IMG/VR virus record: IMGVR_UViG_3300045973_000169
Location: 62,001-126,000 of that record
Length of the DNA: 64,000 bases
Reading direction: 5' to 3' (one strand)
Of the stretch, positions 9,658-20,228 are shown one piece after another. The stretch's first letter is position 1. Every line of letters begins with the position of its first letter. The position numbers and the translations under genes are program-made. The notes beneath the pieces were generated by a model that was not told where the DNA came from, made no database searches, and was given only the letters and a program-made list of their open reading frames with translations.

Positions 9658-10259
9658 TGTATGGACCAGATGATTTAATTATTCGTAAGCCAGTAATGTA
9701 TCTTTATAATATGTCTGGTATGGTTCAGTCTATGTCTGTTGATTTCAAAAACAATAAGGTTGTAGATTCTATCCCAACAGTTAGACAGGATAATAAACTT
9801 GTCTTTAACTTAGATACAGACTCTTTTATAAATGCTAAATATGATTATTTATATTATGAATTTCTTATTGATAAAGAGATTCCAAGAGCTACATATTATG
9901 CTTATGTAAGGAATGATAAAAATCTTATTGATGATTTAACTAAGTTAGCTAATATGTCTTCTATGTTTGGAAGAGAGTCTGCTGATTTCTCATCTTATTG
10001 GAATATGGAATTAAAGAGATCTGATACTAAGTTTTATAAAGTAGAAATCTATGATGAAGATAAGCTTAATAAGCTCTTCCCTATAGATGTATTCCCAGAG
10101 CCAGGATACTTTCTTAGAAGGTATTTTAAGTTCAGTGAGTGTGATAAGCCTGCTAAGTCTAATATAAGTCTCCTACAGGATAAATATAGGACTAGAACAG
10201 GTAGCATCCGTGTTGTTGAATGGGGTGGCTGGATTGAAGGAAATACTAAAATAAAGTAA
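9657..10259 (+). CDS. conserved hypothetical protein
   Basis: RKPVMYLY N-terminal and VVEWGG C-terminal motifs. Confidence 0.55.
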   Translation: MYGPDDLIIRKPVMYLYNMSGMVQSMSVDFKNNKVVDSIPTVRQDNKLVFNLDTDSFINAKYDYLYYEFLIDKEIPRATYYAYVRNDKNLIDDLTKLANMSSMFGRESADFSSYWNMELKRSDTKFYKVEIYDEDKLNKLFPIDVFPEPGYFLRRYFKFSECDKPAKSNISLLQDKYRTRTGSIRVVEWGGWIEGNTKIK

Positions 10260-10455
10260 GGTGGTGATTAGACTGAAGAGAATTCTCATTACAATTTTTA
10301 CTCTTATTGCTTTCGCTACATCTGCTTTAGCTGTAGAAGTAGTTAAACCAGAAGTTAAAAAACCTGTAATTGCGAAGAAAGTAAAGGTTGCAAAACCAGT
10401 ACTTAAAGCAGTTTCAAGTGTTAAGAAAACAAAAAAAAAGAAGTAAGTTAATAGG

Positions 10456-10480
10456 GCTCAGAAATGGGCCCTTAACTTTT
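10456..10480 (+). terminator. probable intrinsic terminator
   Basis: gggctca-gaaa-tgggccc followed by T-rich tail. Confidence 0.6.
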
Positions 10481-10499
10481 CTAAAACAAAAGGTGCTAA

Positions 10500-11147
10500 A
10501 TGGCGACTGAATGTAATAATAAAAATAAAGAACTTGTATCAAGGCCAGAACTTGCTAGGATAATTAACTATGAGTTTAGCAATAAAGCTATCTCTATGCT
10601 TGAACTATTAGGTGATGGAACTGGGTTAGACTATTATATTGATAAATGTAATATAAAAACAATGTATGCTATTGAACGTCATAAAGATAATTTTAATAAG
10701 TTTTGTTATAGGATGAAAGATTTTTGGTTATATCCTCCATTAGTTCTTCATAAATCAAATGCTGAAATAGTACCTTTGCGAATTCAGTTGAATAAATTTT
10801 TTAATAATTTTACATATATATCTTTTGATGTTGTAAATCTAGATTTTTGTTCTTATCTATATGATAATGGGACTGAGAAATCTACTGGTTTTGTTATACG
10901 CAATATGTTTAAAAATAAAGCTGTTAAAGATAATGGTTTAGTGTTATTTACTTTTATGGTGAAAGGGATGGGTATTAACTTTAGTAAAGTGAATCCTATA
11001 ACTGAAGATGAAGATATAATTGATACTATTACATCTATAGGGCTAGAGAATGGATATATAGTCCATGATGCTTATCCTTCATTACATTATAAATCAAGTA
11101 AAAGTACAGAGATGGCTAATTATATAGTTAGAGTTAATAAAATATAG
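10500..11147 (+). CDS. putative SAM-dependent methyltransferase-fold protein
   Basis: MLELLGDG.G, AIE, FDVVNLDFC motifs. Confidence 0.5.
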   Translation: MATECNNKNKELVSRPELARIINYEFSNKAISMLELLGDGTGLDYYIDKCNIKTMYAIERHKDNFNKFCYRMKDFWLYPPLVLHKSNAEIVPLRIQLNKFFNNFTYISFDVVNLDFCSYLYDNGTEKSTGFVIRNMFKNKAVKDNGLVLFTFMVKGMGINFSKVNPITEDEDIIDTITSIGLENGYIVHDAYPSLHYKSSKSTEMANYIVRVNKI

Positions 11148-11420
11148 GAGTTACAAATGGAATATTATGTATTAGAAAAAGGCGTAGACACAAAAAGATA
11201 TTTAAAAGATTTCTGTGAGTCTATAACTAATGGTAAGTCTGATGAAACATGGACTTTAGATTTGTCTAAAGCTATGCTTTTCAATAAATATAATCCTAGG
11301 AAATCAGAAGTTACTAATGATCAATGGACTGTTTCGTTTGATAAAGAAGAACGTGTACGTTTTGTAACTAAAAAGTGTGAAGTAAAGATAGTCAGATAAA
11401 CCGATAGTACTGGAGCTTCA

Positions 11421-11882
11421 ATGGGCAGTAAAGATAAAGTAGTTGTATATCTTGATATAAATAATTTATTTCATAGATATAAAAAATTAGATTTTATAAA
11501 GTTAAAAGAATATATATCTGGAGCATATGATATTGTCAAGATAACAGCTTTTAATAGTATAGATCATACGAATCAAAATCAAATTAAGTTTAATACTTAT
11601 TTAAGTAATAATGGATATCGGATAGAAGATCCTGATGTAAATGTAATGAGCAATGTTGATTTTATGATCATCACTCAAATGGGGATGGATTCTAATTGTT
11701 TATCTCATACAGTAGTAATTATAGTAGCTTGTGATGGAGGGTATTCTTATACACTTAATGAACTTTCTAAGGCAGGATATAGAATTGTCACTATTGGATG
11801 TAAAGAGAATACAAATTTAAATTTACTAAAAGTCTCTGATGAAGTTGTTTATCTAGAGAATCTAAATGGAGTTATACTGTGA
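11421..11882 (+). CDS. NYN/PIN-fold ribonuclease
   Basis: VYLDINNL, NVD, ACDGGY, L..VSD motifs of NYN domain. Confidence 0.75.
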   Translation: MGSKDKVVVYLDINNLFHRYKKLDFIKLKEYISGAYDIVKITAFNSIDHTNQNQIKFNTYLSNNGYRIEDPDVNVMSNVDFMIITQMGMDSNCLSHTVVIIVACDGGYSYTLNELSKAGYRIVTIGCKENTNLNLLKVSDEVVYLENLNGVIL

Positions 11883-12958
11883 AATTTTTAGATGCATTTG
11901 ATATGCTTAAAACAGGCAAATGTGATAAGATTATATCTGATGATGCTTGTTGGTATTTTGAGAAGCAACATATAAATGAAGACCCTTATCTAAAGTCTAT
12001 AACTAAAGCTATTGAAATTGTTCAAGCTGAAGATTGGCAAGCTATTAAGTTTAAATGTTCTGAAGTGGTTATAGCAAGATGAGAATCGGATATAGTGAAG
12101 AACCTACTCCTTGGGCTGTGACTTGTAGAGAACATGGTTTGGTCTATATGGTTCGTGAACTATATATGGATCAATTATTTGCTGTTAATAGTAAATGGGT
12201 ATGTCCTATTTGCTTTAGAGAAGCTTCTTGGTCAGATGAAAACTATGATGCACATTGTGAAAGAGAAATGGCTGAAAGAGATATGCCTGGAGGTTTTAAT
12301 TGAATTTAACAGACCGAATTAAAGATCTTAATAAAATAATTATAGACTTACAAATATGTCTTAAGACTTATCTTATCGATCAAACAAAAGATATTAATGA
12401 AAGATGGGAATGTTATAAATTAGCATGTGATAATAATATTGCTAATGAAGAAGATAATTGGGGTCCAAGTCTTAATACTTTAGAAGCTCTTGGTATCGAT
12501 TCTTCATATGATTATCTTTATATTGAAAGACATCAATCTCAAGACTATACTGTTATGATTGAAAATCTTGAAGAAAGACTTGAGTATCCAAGAGAAACAA
12601 CTGGCATTTGGAAGAATATTGATTTAACTCAAGAAGCAATTAATAAAATCAAGGAAGAGATTCTTACTAGATTCCCAGAAAGAGGATTTCGACATGATTG
12701 GTAAAATGGTTAGAGTCTTTGATTGTCAAGAGATGCCTAATGATGTTAAAGATTATTTCTTTAAACATTATGGTGAAGGCAAGTCTAATGATTGTTATAT
12801 AAATGTATGGATTGAAGGTGATTGTGAAATCTCTGATCAAGACTGTACTAATGATTATGATTGTGAAAAATGTATCCATAGAAAATATAATATAGTTGAT
12901 CAATGGCTTTTAGATAATGGAGCTGGAGATGAAACTATAGTGAAAAGATGATGGTAAA

Positions 12959-14356
12959 ATGATAAAAACGTTTATTGATATACTAGAACAATTAGAGACT
13001 ACTACTGGGACTAATGATAAAATTGCTCTTATCAAAGAGAATAAAGATAACCTAGAGTTAAAAGAGTTTCTTAGACTTGCATTAGACAAGAATGTTACGT
13101 TCGGAATAGCTGAAATTGATGAATCAGTTACAAAGTTAACTTATGAAAATAAATATACTAATGTTGAAAGATTTAAAGTTTTAACTCATATGTTATCTAC
13201 CAGAGGTTGGACTGGCGGAGATGCTATGATCCAAATTGTAGCCTTTTTGAATGGATGTATTCCGCTTGAACATAAATGGTACAAGAAGTGTCTTCAGAAA
13301 GATCTTGCATCTATCGGGATTGGACAACGTTTATTTGAAGAAGCATATGATGAAAAAGGTTTTAAGTTCCGTTTAATGCTTGCTGAATCAGAAGAAGAAC
13401 TTGATTCTATCGATGATGAAGAAGGCTGGTTAGATAAGAAGGCTAATGGTGTATGTACTATTATTAGAGTAGAAGATACTAAAGTTAGTGTTATCTATGG
13501 TGGAAGAAATGGCTTAGTAGCAGATAGCTTTTATTTCTTACAAGAAGAGACTGAGAAGCTATGCTCAGACTCACGTGTTATGTCTGATTGCGTGTTTCAT
13601 GGTGAGACCCATGTCAATGATTGTCTTGAGAATACAATGACCTTATATGGCTTTAAATTTCGTCCTATGGAGGATTTCATTGGAGCTAAAGGTAAGATTA
13701 AAGAAAAAGCATATGCCGATTACTTAGCTAAAGAAAAAGAAGTTCTTGCATTTAAGAAAGATGCTAAATTCTGTATCTTTGAACAGTTGACATTAGATGA
13801 ATGGGATACCCAAACATGTACTAGAGATTGTGATGAAAGAAAAGAAGCTTTAGCTGAATTACAAAAAGTAATTACTGAACTTGGTCTTAAAAGAATAGAG
13901 ATTATACCTACAGAGAAAGTACCTAATCAATCAGTTGCTATTGAGAAAGCTCAAGACTGGATTAAGCGTAAGTTTGAAGGTGGTATTTATAAGAGAAGTT
14001 CAGGTTTCTATGAATGGAAAAGGTCTAGAAATTCTATTAAGATTAAAGAAGTAGTAGATTTTGAAATTGAGTTTGATTCATTTGAAATCCAAAAGAAGAA
14101 GCATAACCCAGATGGTACTCTTAAACCTCCTATGGCTGGTAAGGTATGGGGACATGATTTAAATGGGAATCAATATAAGATTGGTACTGGTAAAGCTTTA
14201 TCTGAAGCAGTAAGAATTGATATGCTTAATAATTGGGATACTAATTATAAAGGTAAGATTGGTACTTGTTCTGCTCAAAGACCTAGTGAAAAAGGAAAGT
14301 ATATTTGTGCTCGATTGGACATTATCCGTCTTGATAGAAATAGCTTGGAGGATTAA
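12959..14356 (+). CDS. ATP-dependent DNA ligase (T4 gp30-like)
   Basis: N-terminal DBD, MLA, motif I KANG, III FHGE, IV EGGIYK, V KIK, OB-fold IGTG, R.D. Confidence 0.88.
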   Translation: MIKTFIDILEQLETTTGTNDKIALIKENKDNLELKEFLRLALDKNVTFGIAEIDESVTKLTYENKYTNVERFKVLTHMLSTRGWTGGDAMIQIVAFLNGCIPLEHKWYKKCLQKDLASIGIGQRLFEEAYDEKGFKFRLMLAESEEELDSIDDEEGWLDKKANGVCTIIRVEDTKVSVIYGGRNGLVADSFYFLQEETEKLCSDSRVMSDCVFHGETHVNDCLENTMTLYGFKFRPMEDFIGAKGKIKEKAYADYLAKEKEVLAFKKDAKFCIFEQLTLDEWDTQTCTRDCDERKEALAELQKVITELGLKRIEIIPTEKVPNQSVAIEKAQDWIKRKFEGGIYKRSSGFYEWKRSRNSIKIKEVVDFEIEFDSFEIQKKKHNPDGTLKPPMAGKVWGHDLNGNQYKIGTGKALSEAVRIDMLNNWDTNYKGKIGTCSAQRPSEKGKYICARLDIIRLDRNSLED

Positions 14357-14433
14357 TGGCAACTTACTTTACAGCAGATTTACAAAAGAGTTATTAACAT
14401 TGGTAGTTAGTTAATGTCCAAGGAGTAACTCTA

Positions 14434-14988
14434 ATGATAAATAATGCTGGTAAAAATAATCCAAATTATAAACATGGATTACATTGTGAAATAAATTATT
14501 GTGTTTGTGGTAAAGAGAAAGATTATAGATCTGAATTATGTAAATTCTGCTCTGGCAAAGAATTACAAATTACTAAAGAACAAATTTTGGAATATCTTAG
14601 TAAATCTAAATCATTGCTTGAGCTTTCTAAATATCTTAATATTTCTAGACAATCTGTAACTAGATATATCAAAAAATATGATCTTGATATTTCGCATTTT
14701 AGCCCTGGACGAAATAGACCATATAGACTTGATCAGATATTTTGTATATCAGATACAAGAATAAATGGAACTGTTAAAAAATTTCTTATTGAGAATAAAA
14801 TATTAGAATATATTTGCTCTGAATGTAAATGTAAACCAATATGGAATAATATACTATTAGTTCTTGAATTAGATCATATAAACGGAAATAGTTTAGACAA
14901 TAGAATTGAAAATTTAAGATTCTTATGTCCTAATTGTCATTCACAAACAGATACCAACAAAGGTAAAAATTCTAAAAAGAAAGAATAA
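14434..14988 (+). CDS. HNH homing endonuclease
   Basis: LELDHINGNSLDNRIENLRFLCPNCHSQT; NNPNYKHG. Confidence 0.92.
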   Translation: MINNAGKNNPNYKHGLHCEINYCVCGKEKDYRSELCKFCSGKELQITKEQILEYLSKSKSLLELSKYLNISRQSVTRYIKKYDLDISHFSPGRNRPYRLDQIFCISDTRINGTVKKFLIENKILEYICSECKCKPIWNNILLVLELDHINGNSLDNRIENLRFLCPNCHSQTDTNKGKNSKKKE

Positions 14989-14990
14989 TT

Positions 14991-15538
14991 ATGAATAGTG
15001 AGGGAAATGCAAGTCGTGGTAAGGTTTATTTTACTGCTGACTTGCATTAGTTAATTTAGGTCATAGTAACATTATCCGTTATTGCAATAGACCTTTTAAG
15101 AGTGCAGAAGAAATGGATGATACTATTATCAAAAATTTTAATGCTATTCTTAAACCTAATGATGAGTTATATATTCTAGGAGATACTTGCTTTACTGGAA
15201 GAGATCTTCGTGGATATATGGCTAATATACCAGGTCAAAAGTTTTGTATTCTTGGGAATCATGACCCTAAACAATTTGATAGTAATATCTTCGCTTGGGT
15301 TAAAGATGTTAAGATGATTAAAGTTGGAGAGCAACATATATTCTTATCTCATTATGCACATAGACAATGGCCTCAGTCTCATTATGGAGCTTGGCATTTA
15401 TATGGACATGATCATGGGACTCTAGAGGATTTTGGAATGTCAACAGATGTAGGTGTGGATTCTTGGGATTATAAGCCTGTGTCTTTTGATCAATTAAAAG
15501 AAAGATTTAAAGGGCGTGAGCCCCGCAAACATCACTAA
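14991..15538 (+). pseudogene. calcineurin-like metallophosphoesterase, interrupted by an 8-nt insertion (15048-15055)
   Basis: YFTADLH*, then in another frame LGHSNIIRYCNRPF...ILGD...LGNHD...LSHY...LYGHDH...DVGVD. Confidence 0.75.
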
Positions 15539-15553
15539 AGAAAGGGAATCGTA

Positions 15554-15733
15554 ATGCAAACATTTGATAAAATTAAAGAATTAATTGCTGATGCTGAAGC
15601 TGATGTAGCCAAGGTTGATAAAGGGCAGAAAGCTGCTGCTAAACGTGTAAGGAAATTTCTTCAAGCTTTGATTAAAGCTGCTAAAGAAGCACGAGTAGAA
15701 GCTCTAGCAACTTATCGTCCGCCAACAGCTTAA
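15554..15733 (+). CDS. histone H1-like (Hc1-type) small basic protein, absent from ORF track
   Basis: MQTFDKIKELIADAEADVAKVDKGQKAAAKRVRKFLQALIKAAKEARV... (G.KAA..R.RK pattern). Confidence 0.7.
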   Translation: MQTFDKIKELIADAEADVAKVDKGQKAAAKRVRKFLQALIKAAKEARVEALATYRPPTA

Positions 15734-15741
15734 GTAAATTA

Positions 15742-16162
15742 TGGGGAAGGTATATATATGGTCCGTAGGGTTTATACCGTGCTATTAAGTTGGTGTTAGG
15801 ATAGCAAACTGATTATTGTTTAGATAATCTTTTAAAAGAAAAGCAGGACATCAACGTGCTCTTTCCTGCAAATGGGTTTCGAAAAGCATAAAACCCAAAA
15901 GCAGGAATGATCCCATCGCTCTCCTGCTGGGCCCTGGTCCCTGGACAAAAGGACCTGGTAAGGACCTGGCTGCGGTGGATCTGCAGCTCAGGATCCTGAA
16001 ACCGGATCCGTCAAATACGGCGGATCCTCGAAGCACGAGCACTCGAGACCGGGTGCTGCAGCTGGCCGGCGCTAGCGCTCTCCGCCTGCTGCGACGTCCC
16101 CAGTCTCCTCTCTCGAATTATAGTCCTCTACTAGGAATTGGCCTAGTAGGGGCTCCTATAAT
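15742..16162 (+). ncRNA. GC-rich structured, palindrome-dense non-coding element (unassigned)
   Basis: 113/180 G+C over 15901-16080; several hairpins with G-U pairs on + strand; strong 3' hairpin 16117-16162. Confidence 0.55.
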
Positions 16163-16188
16163 TAACTAACAAAATAAAGGAAGTATTA

Positions 16189-16800
16189 ATGGATACTTTA
16201 AAGTTTGTTCTTATAGAAGATACTACTGAAATAAAAAATATTTTAACAATTCTTGAATCTCAAAGTGATATCCAAATTAGCTTTATTAGTTTGGAATCTT
16301 TTAATAATAATTTTCCTAGATTCAGTGATATATTATATGAATATGCTCATCAAATTAAATCATTATACTGTCCTGTTATTGGAAATGTATTTGAAGATAG
16401 TGTTACTATTCTTAGTACATTAGAAGATATACTAGAAATTCCTATTAATCATATTGTTGTAGAGTCGAAACTGTATGATGATATTAAACAGTTAGTTGAT
16501 TTTTATCATGATGATTTACAAGATGGAAGTCTGAATATAAGTATCTATTGCAGTGCTTGGAATGAATCTAATGATGAGCTACATGGACCTATTGATTGTA
16601 TAGCTTATATTGAACGTAATAAACTACAAGGTGTTTATGTAAGTTTAGATACAGATGATTTTAATGGAATGCATATGTCTGCTGCTTTTAAATATACAGA
16701 CATTATATATGTAAAAGGAAAAGATTATTATACTGAACCATATACGAAAGGCTATATTGAATATAGATTTAATAAATGGTTAGTGGAGACTTTTGTATGA
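16189..16800 (+). CDS. hypothetical protein
   Basis: 203-aa ORF with SD. Confidence 0.6.
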   Translation: MDTLKFVLIEDTTEIKNILTILESQSDIQISFISLESFNNNFPRFSDILYEYAHQIKSLYCPVIGNVFEDSVTILSTLEDILEIPINHIVVESKLYDDIKQLVDFYHDDLQDGSLNISIYCSAWNESNDELHGPIDCIAYIERNKLQGVYVSLDTDDFNGMHMSAAFKYTDIIYVKGKDYYTEPYTKGYIEYRFNKWLVETFV

Positions 16801-17191
16801 GTTGGTATGGATTAGTATCTGAAGATGGGAAAGATGTTTCAATCGGAAGATGTTCATTCTGGATAGTGTTAGGTTTGATGATTTGGTTTTGGTTATTTAG
16901 TGTTTCAGCTATACCACCAACATTAATTACAGCATTTGAATGGGTTATGAGTTATAATTTTGGGAAGAAAGTATTATCAACTGCATCTACAGTTGTAACA
17001 GCTATAAAAGGATAAAGAAATGAAACCACATAATAAGAAAAAAGTAGAACATGTAAAAGATGGAAATGAATTCTTTAGAGTTCGTATTGTTGAGCAGTGT
17101 TGTTCCGATGCAAGAAAATTAGTTAATTTAATGTTAGTTCTTAACAAGTATAATTTACAGTTAGCATCTTACGTCTAAAAAGGAGGGCCTT

Positions 17192-18430
17192 ATGGCTAGT
17201 GGTAAAATTGCTGCTCGTCAGGCAGCAGAAGCTGAACGAAATGAAAAGTTGAAAGCAATATTACAAAATGAAACAAGAAAAATTGAAGAAGCTAAAGCCG
17301 CTAAAGGCCCAAAGAAGAAAGATGGATTTGCTTTATTAAATAGACTTTCACATAAAGCTATGGGTAAAGCAATTAGAAGTATTGCTACATATAAGCCAAA
17401 GTCTTATAATCCTGATAAACAATTAATTGATTTTATTAAACATTTATTCGTGAAGTATCCTGTTCCATATTTTATGTTTCAATGTATGGTTGAACAAGGT
17501 CCTATCAAATATGGAGAACCTGCAACTCATCGTAGAGGAGATGTTTACTTTGGTAGAGGACAGAATTATAAACCTGATGAATTTCTTTATTTACATGATA
17601 TTTATAGAGATTGGTTTTTCTGTATTGCTCAAGGTGGATCTTTTCAGAAATTAACTAAGAGTGTCTTTACGAAGAAAGAAGCTGTGTTATTTTTGAAAGC
17701 TCCATTTAATGAGAAAGAAATCCATATAAATATCTGGTGGGCTAAAATGAAAGCTCTTGATATCCCTAATTATATGATTCCTAGTCTTATTGATAAACTA
17801 TTTAGGAATAGACATATCTTTAGTGATGATGGACGGTTTATGGAAATATTACATTTCTTTGCTAATCATCATGCTGAAATAGAGAAACAAGAGTTTGATG
17901 AGATTACTGATTTTATTGATTGGAAGCTTAGACATGAGCCAGAGTTCCGTTATAAAGGCAGAACTGTCTCTTCTATGATTAAGCTTTCAAATGAATGGCA
18001 TGCTGCTCTTCAAAAAGCTAAACTTGGAAGTAATGTATCTTGGGCTGGATTTATGCATGAAATTTGGAAGCATGATGAAAAAGATTTTACTTGTGAAGTT
18101 GTTGAGCTTACATCTAATAAGCTTCTTTATAGTGAAGGAAGGAAACAAAAGCATTGTGTTTACTCTTATGTAGATAGATGTGCTAATGGACATTGTTCTA
18201 TTTTTTCATTTCGTGTTTATAAGAAATTCCTTCAAGGTGTTGATGCAGATAATAAACCTATATGGGATAAAGGTGAAGAGATTAAGAGACTTACTATTGA
18301 AGTCAATATTAAAGATAGAAATATTGTTCAAGTTAGAGGATCATTAAACAGGTCTGCAGAGTCTGATGAAAAGAGAATACTTAATCTTTGGGCAGGAGCT
18401 AAAGGTTTTAGTTTTAGTAGATGGTTCTAA
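17192..18430 (+). CDS. PcfJ-domain protein
   Basis: EL.S...L..EG..QKHCVYSY...C..G.CSIFS, TIEV, IVQVRG..N; SD aggagg. Confidence 0.85.
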   Translation: MASGKIAARQAAEAERNEKLKAILQNETRKIEEAKAAKGPKKKDGFALLNRLSHKAMGKAIRSIATYKPKSYNPDKQLIDFIKHLFVKYPVPYFMFQCMVEQGPIKYGEPATHRRGDVYFGRGQNYKPDEFLYLHDIYRDWFFCIAQGGSFQKLTKSVFTKKEAVLFLKAPFNEKEIHINIWWAKMKALDIPNYMIPSLIDKLFRNRHIFSDDGRFMEILHFFANHHAEIEKQEFDEITDFIDWKLRHEPEFRYKGRTVSSMIKLSNEWHAALQKAKLGSNVSWAGFMHEIWKHDEKDFTCEVVELTSNKLLYSEGRKQKHCVYSYVDRCANGHCSIFSFRVYKKFLQGVDADNKPIWDKGEEIKRLTIEVNIKDRNIVQVRGSLNRSAESDEKRILNLWAGAKGFSFSRWF

Positions 18431-18431
18431 T

Positions 18432-18863
18432 ATGAAAGAGTTTCATTTTAAAAGTAAAGGTAGAATAGAGTATAATCCTGCTAGAGGGAATCTTAAGAAG
18501 AAACCTGATTGGTGGGCTATATTACATTGTAGTGAAGAGATAACTCGATATTATAGATATTGGGTCTATAAGAGATATCATATTCCTTTAAGTAAACCAT
18601 CATGGGGCTCTCATATTTCGATTATAAGAGGTGAGAAACCTTATGATGATCAGATGCATTTCTGGAAGAAGTATGATGGCTTAGAGGTTGAATTTGAGTA
18701 CTCTCATAACGTAAGACAGAGTGGTGATACTACTGGTTGGGATAGACCTGATAGTTATTGGTTTGTGGATGTTAAATGTGATTTTCTTATTGATATAAGG
18801 AAAGAGCTTAATTTAAAATATGATTATGGTTTACATATGACTATAGGGAGAACTTGGTTATGA
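18432..18863 (+). CDS. 2H phosphoesterase-like protein
   Basis: Two HxS/T motifs: HISIIRGE and HMTIG. Confidence 0.7.
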   Translation: MKEFHFKSKGRIEYNPARGNLKKKPDWWAILHCSEEITRYYRYWVYKRYHIPLSKPSWGSHISIIRGEKPYDDQMHFWKKYDGLEVEFEYSHNVRQSGDTTGWDRPDSYWFVDVKCDFLIDIRKELNLKYDYGLHMTIGRTWL

Positions 18864-19159
18864 AATGTCCTTATGGATATCACTTTGCTGTGGACTGGGG
18901 AATGTTTCCTGAGTGTGATAGCGTATGCCCTAATCCAGAGTACCATTACTGTAAGACTGTTAGAAGTGAATGTACTCATAAAGCTGATTTTGGATCAGAG
19001 ATTATAGCAAATAGAGAAGCTAGGCTTCTATCAAATGAAAAAAGAAATTTTAATGGCTATCAGTGCAGTTACTGTGGTGGGTGGCATATAGGTCGTGGTT
19101 AAAAGTTTTTCTAAGCGGAACTGAGTTATTAACATATGTGCTAATGGAGGGCATATGTT

Positions 19160-19759
19160 ATGATAGGAATATATTTTATAAAGAATAAAATAAATAATAA
19201 AATGTATATAGGGCTTAGTACTAATATAGAAAATCGTTTTTTATTTCATAAACGAAGACTTTTAAGTAATACTCATAAAAATTCTCATTTTCAGTCATCT
19301 TTTAATGAAAATGGAATTGAAAATTTTGAATTTGGAATATTAGAAGAATGCATTGAAGTTATTCTATCTGAACGTGAGAAATATTGGATTTCTTTTTATA
19401 GGAGCCACAATCGAGAGTTTGGATATAATAAAACTTTTGGTGGGGAGTTTGGTAAAATGTCTGATGAAATCAATGAAAGAAGAAGGCAAAAACTTAAATT
19501 GCAAACTATTCCACAAGAAATGCGTGATAGAATCAGTAAAACATTAACTGGCAGAAAACAACCTAAAGAAGTAGTTGATAATAGGGCAAAGTCTTGTAGA
19601 AAATGTAATGATGAAATTGAGCAAAAAATAATAGATTTATATATTAATAAAAAATTAAATACTAAACAAATTTCTGAATTGTTGAATATAAAAAGAACAA
19701 CAGTTATTAGTATAGTTAAAAGGAATAAAAATGCTAGCAGCCCTAATGGGAACGTGTAA
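19160..19759 (+). CDS. GIY-YIG homing endonuclease
   Basis: GIYFIKN...YIGLS..R...E..W...GYN; C-terminal HTH. Confidence 0.92.
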   Translation: MIGIYFIKNKINNKMYIGLSTNIENRFLFHKRRLLSNTHKNSHFQSSFNENGIENFEFGILEECIEVILSEREKYWISFYRSHNREFGYNKTFGGEFGKMSDEINERRRQKLKLQTIPQEMRDRISKTLTGRKQPKEVVDNRAKSCRKCNDEIEQKIIDLYINKKLNTKQISELLNIKRTTVISIVKRNKNASSPNGNV

Positions 19760-20144
19760 TGGTAGTCTTTGGAGAGATGAATTAATCCCCCAATTAGAAG
19801 TTGATTATTTTAATCCTGTGGTTGCAGATTGGACTCCAGAATGTCAAGATGTTGAGCTTCAAAAAAGAGAAGAAGCGGATTTTGTTATCTATGTTATTAC
19901 TCCTAAAATGAAAGGCTTCTACTCTATTGCAGAAGCTGTTCATGATAGCTGTGATCAACCTTGGAAAACTATCTTTTGCTTCTTAATTGAAGACGAAGGT
20001 GAAACTTTTGATAAACATCAGATTAAATCTTTGGAAGCAACTGCTGCTCTTATATTAAGAAACGGTGGATTTATTGCTAAAGATCTTGCTGAAATTGCTT
20101 TTTGTGTTAATGCGGTAGCTAAAGCCTATGTCCAAAACAGTTAA
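19731..20144 (+). CDS. nucleoside 2-deoxyribosyltransferase-like protein
   Basis: GTCNGSLWRDELI...YFNPVV.DW...E.....D...YVITP.M.G.YSIAE. Confidence 0.75.
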   Translation: MLAALMGTCNGSLWRDELIPQLEVDYFNPVVADWTPECQDVELQKREEADFVIYVITPKMKGFYSIAEAVHDSCDQPWKTIFCFLIEDEGETFDKHQIKSLEATAALILRNGGFIAKDLAEIAFCVNAVAKAYVQNS

Positions 20145-20228
20145 GCTAATAATGATCACACCAGAGAACAAACTATATTAACTATGTAGTTATTAACAGT
20201 TACCATAATTAATAATTGGAGAACTGTT

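Noticed and set aside
14385-15055. Group I intron interpretation of the endonuclease insertions
   Set aside because: No room for P/Q/R/S core elements and no U|...G splice boundaries; the downstream genes have their own starts.
15851-16169. ORFs 15851-16042 (-) and 15975-16169 (+)
   Set aside because: By-products of the GC-rich element: no SD, atypical composition.
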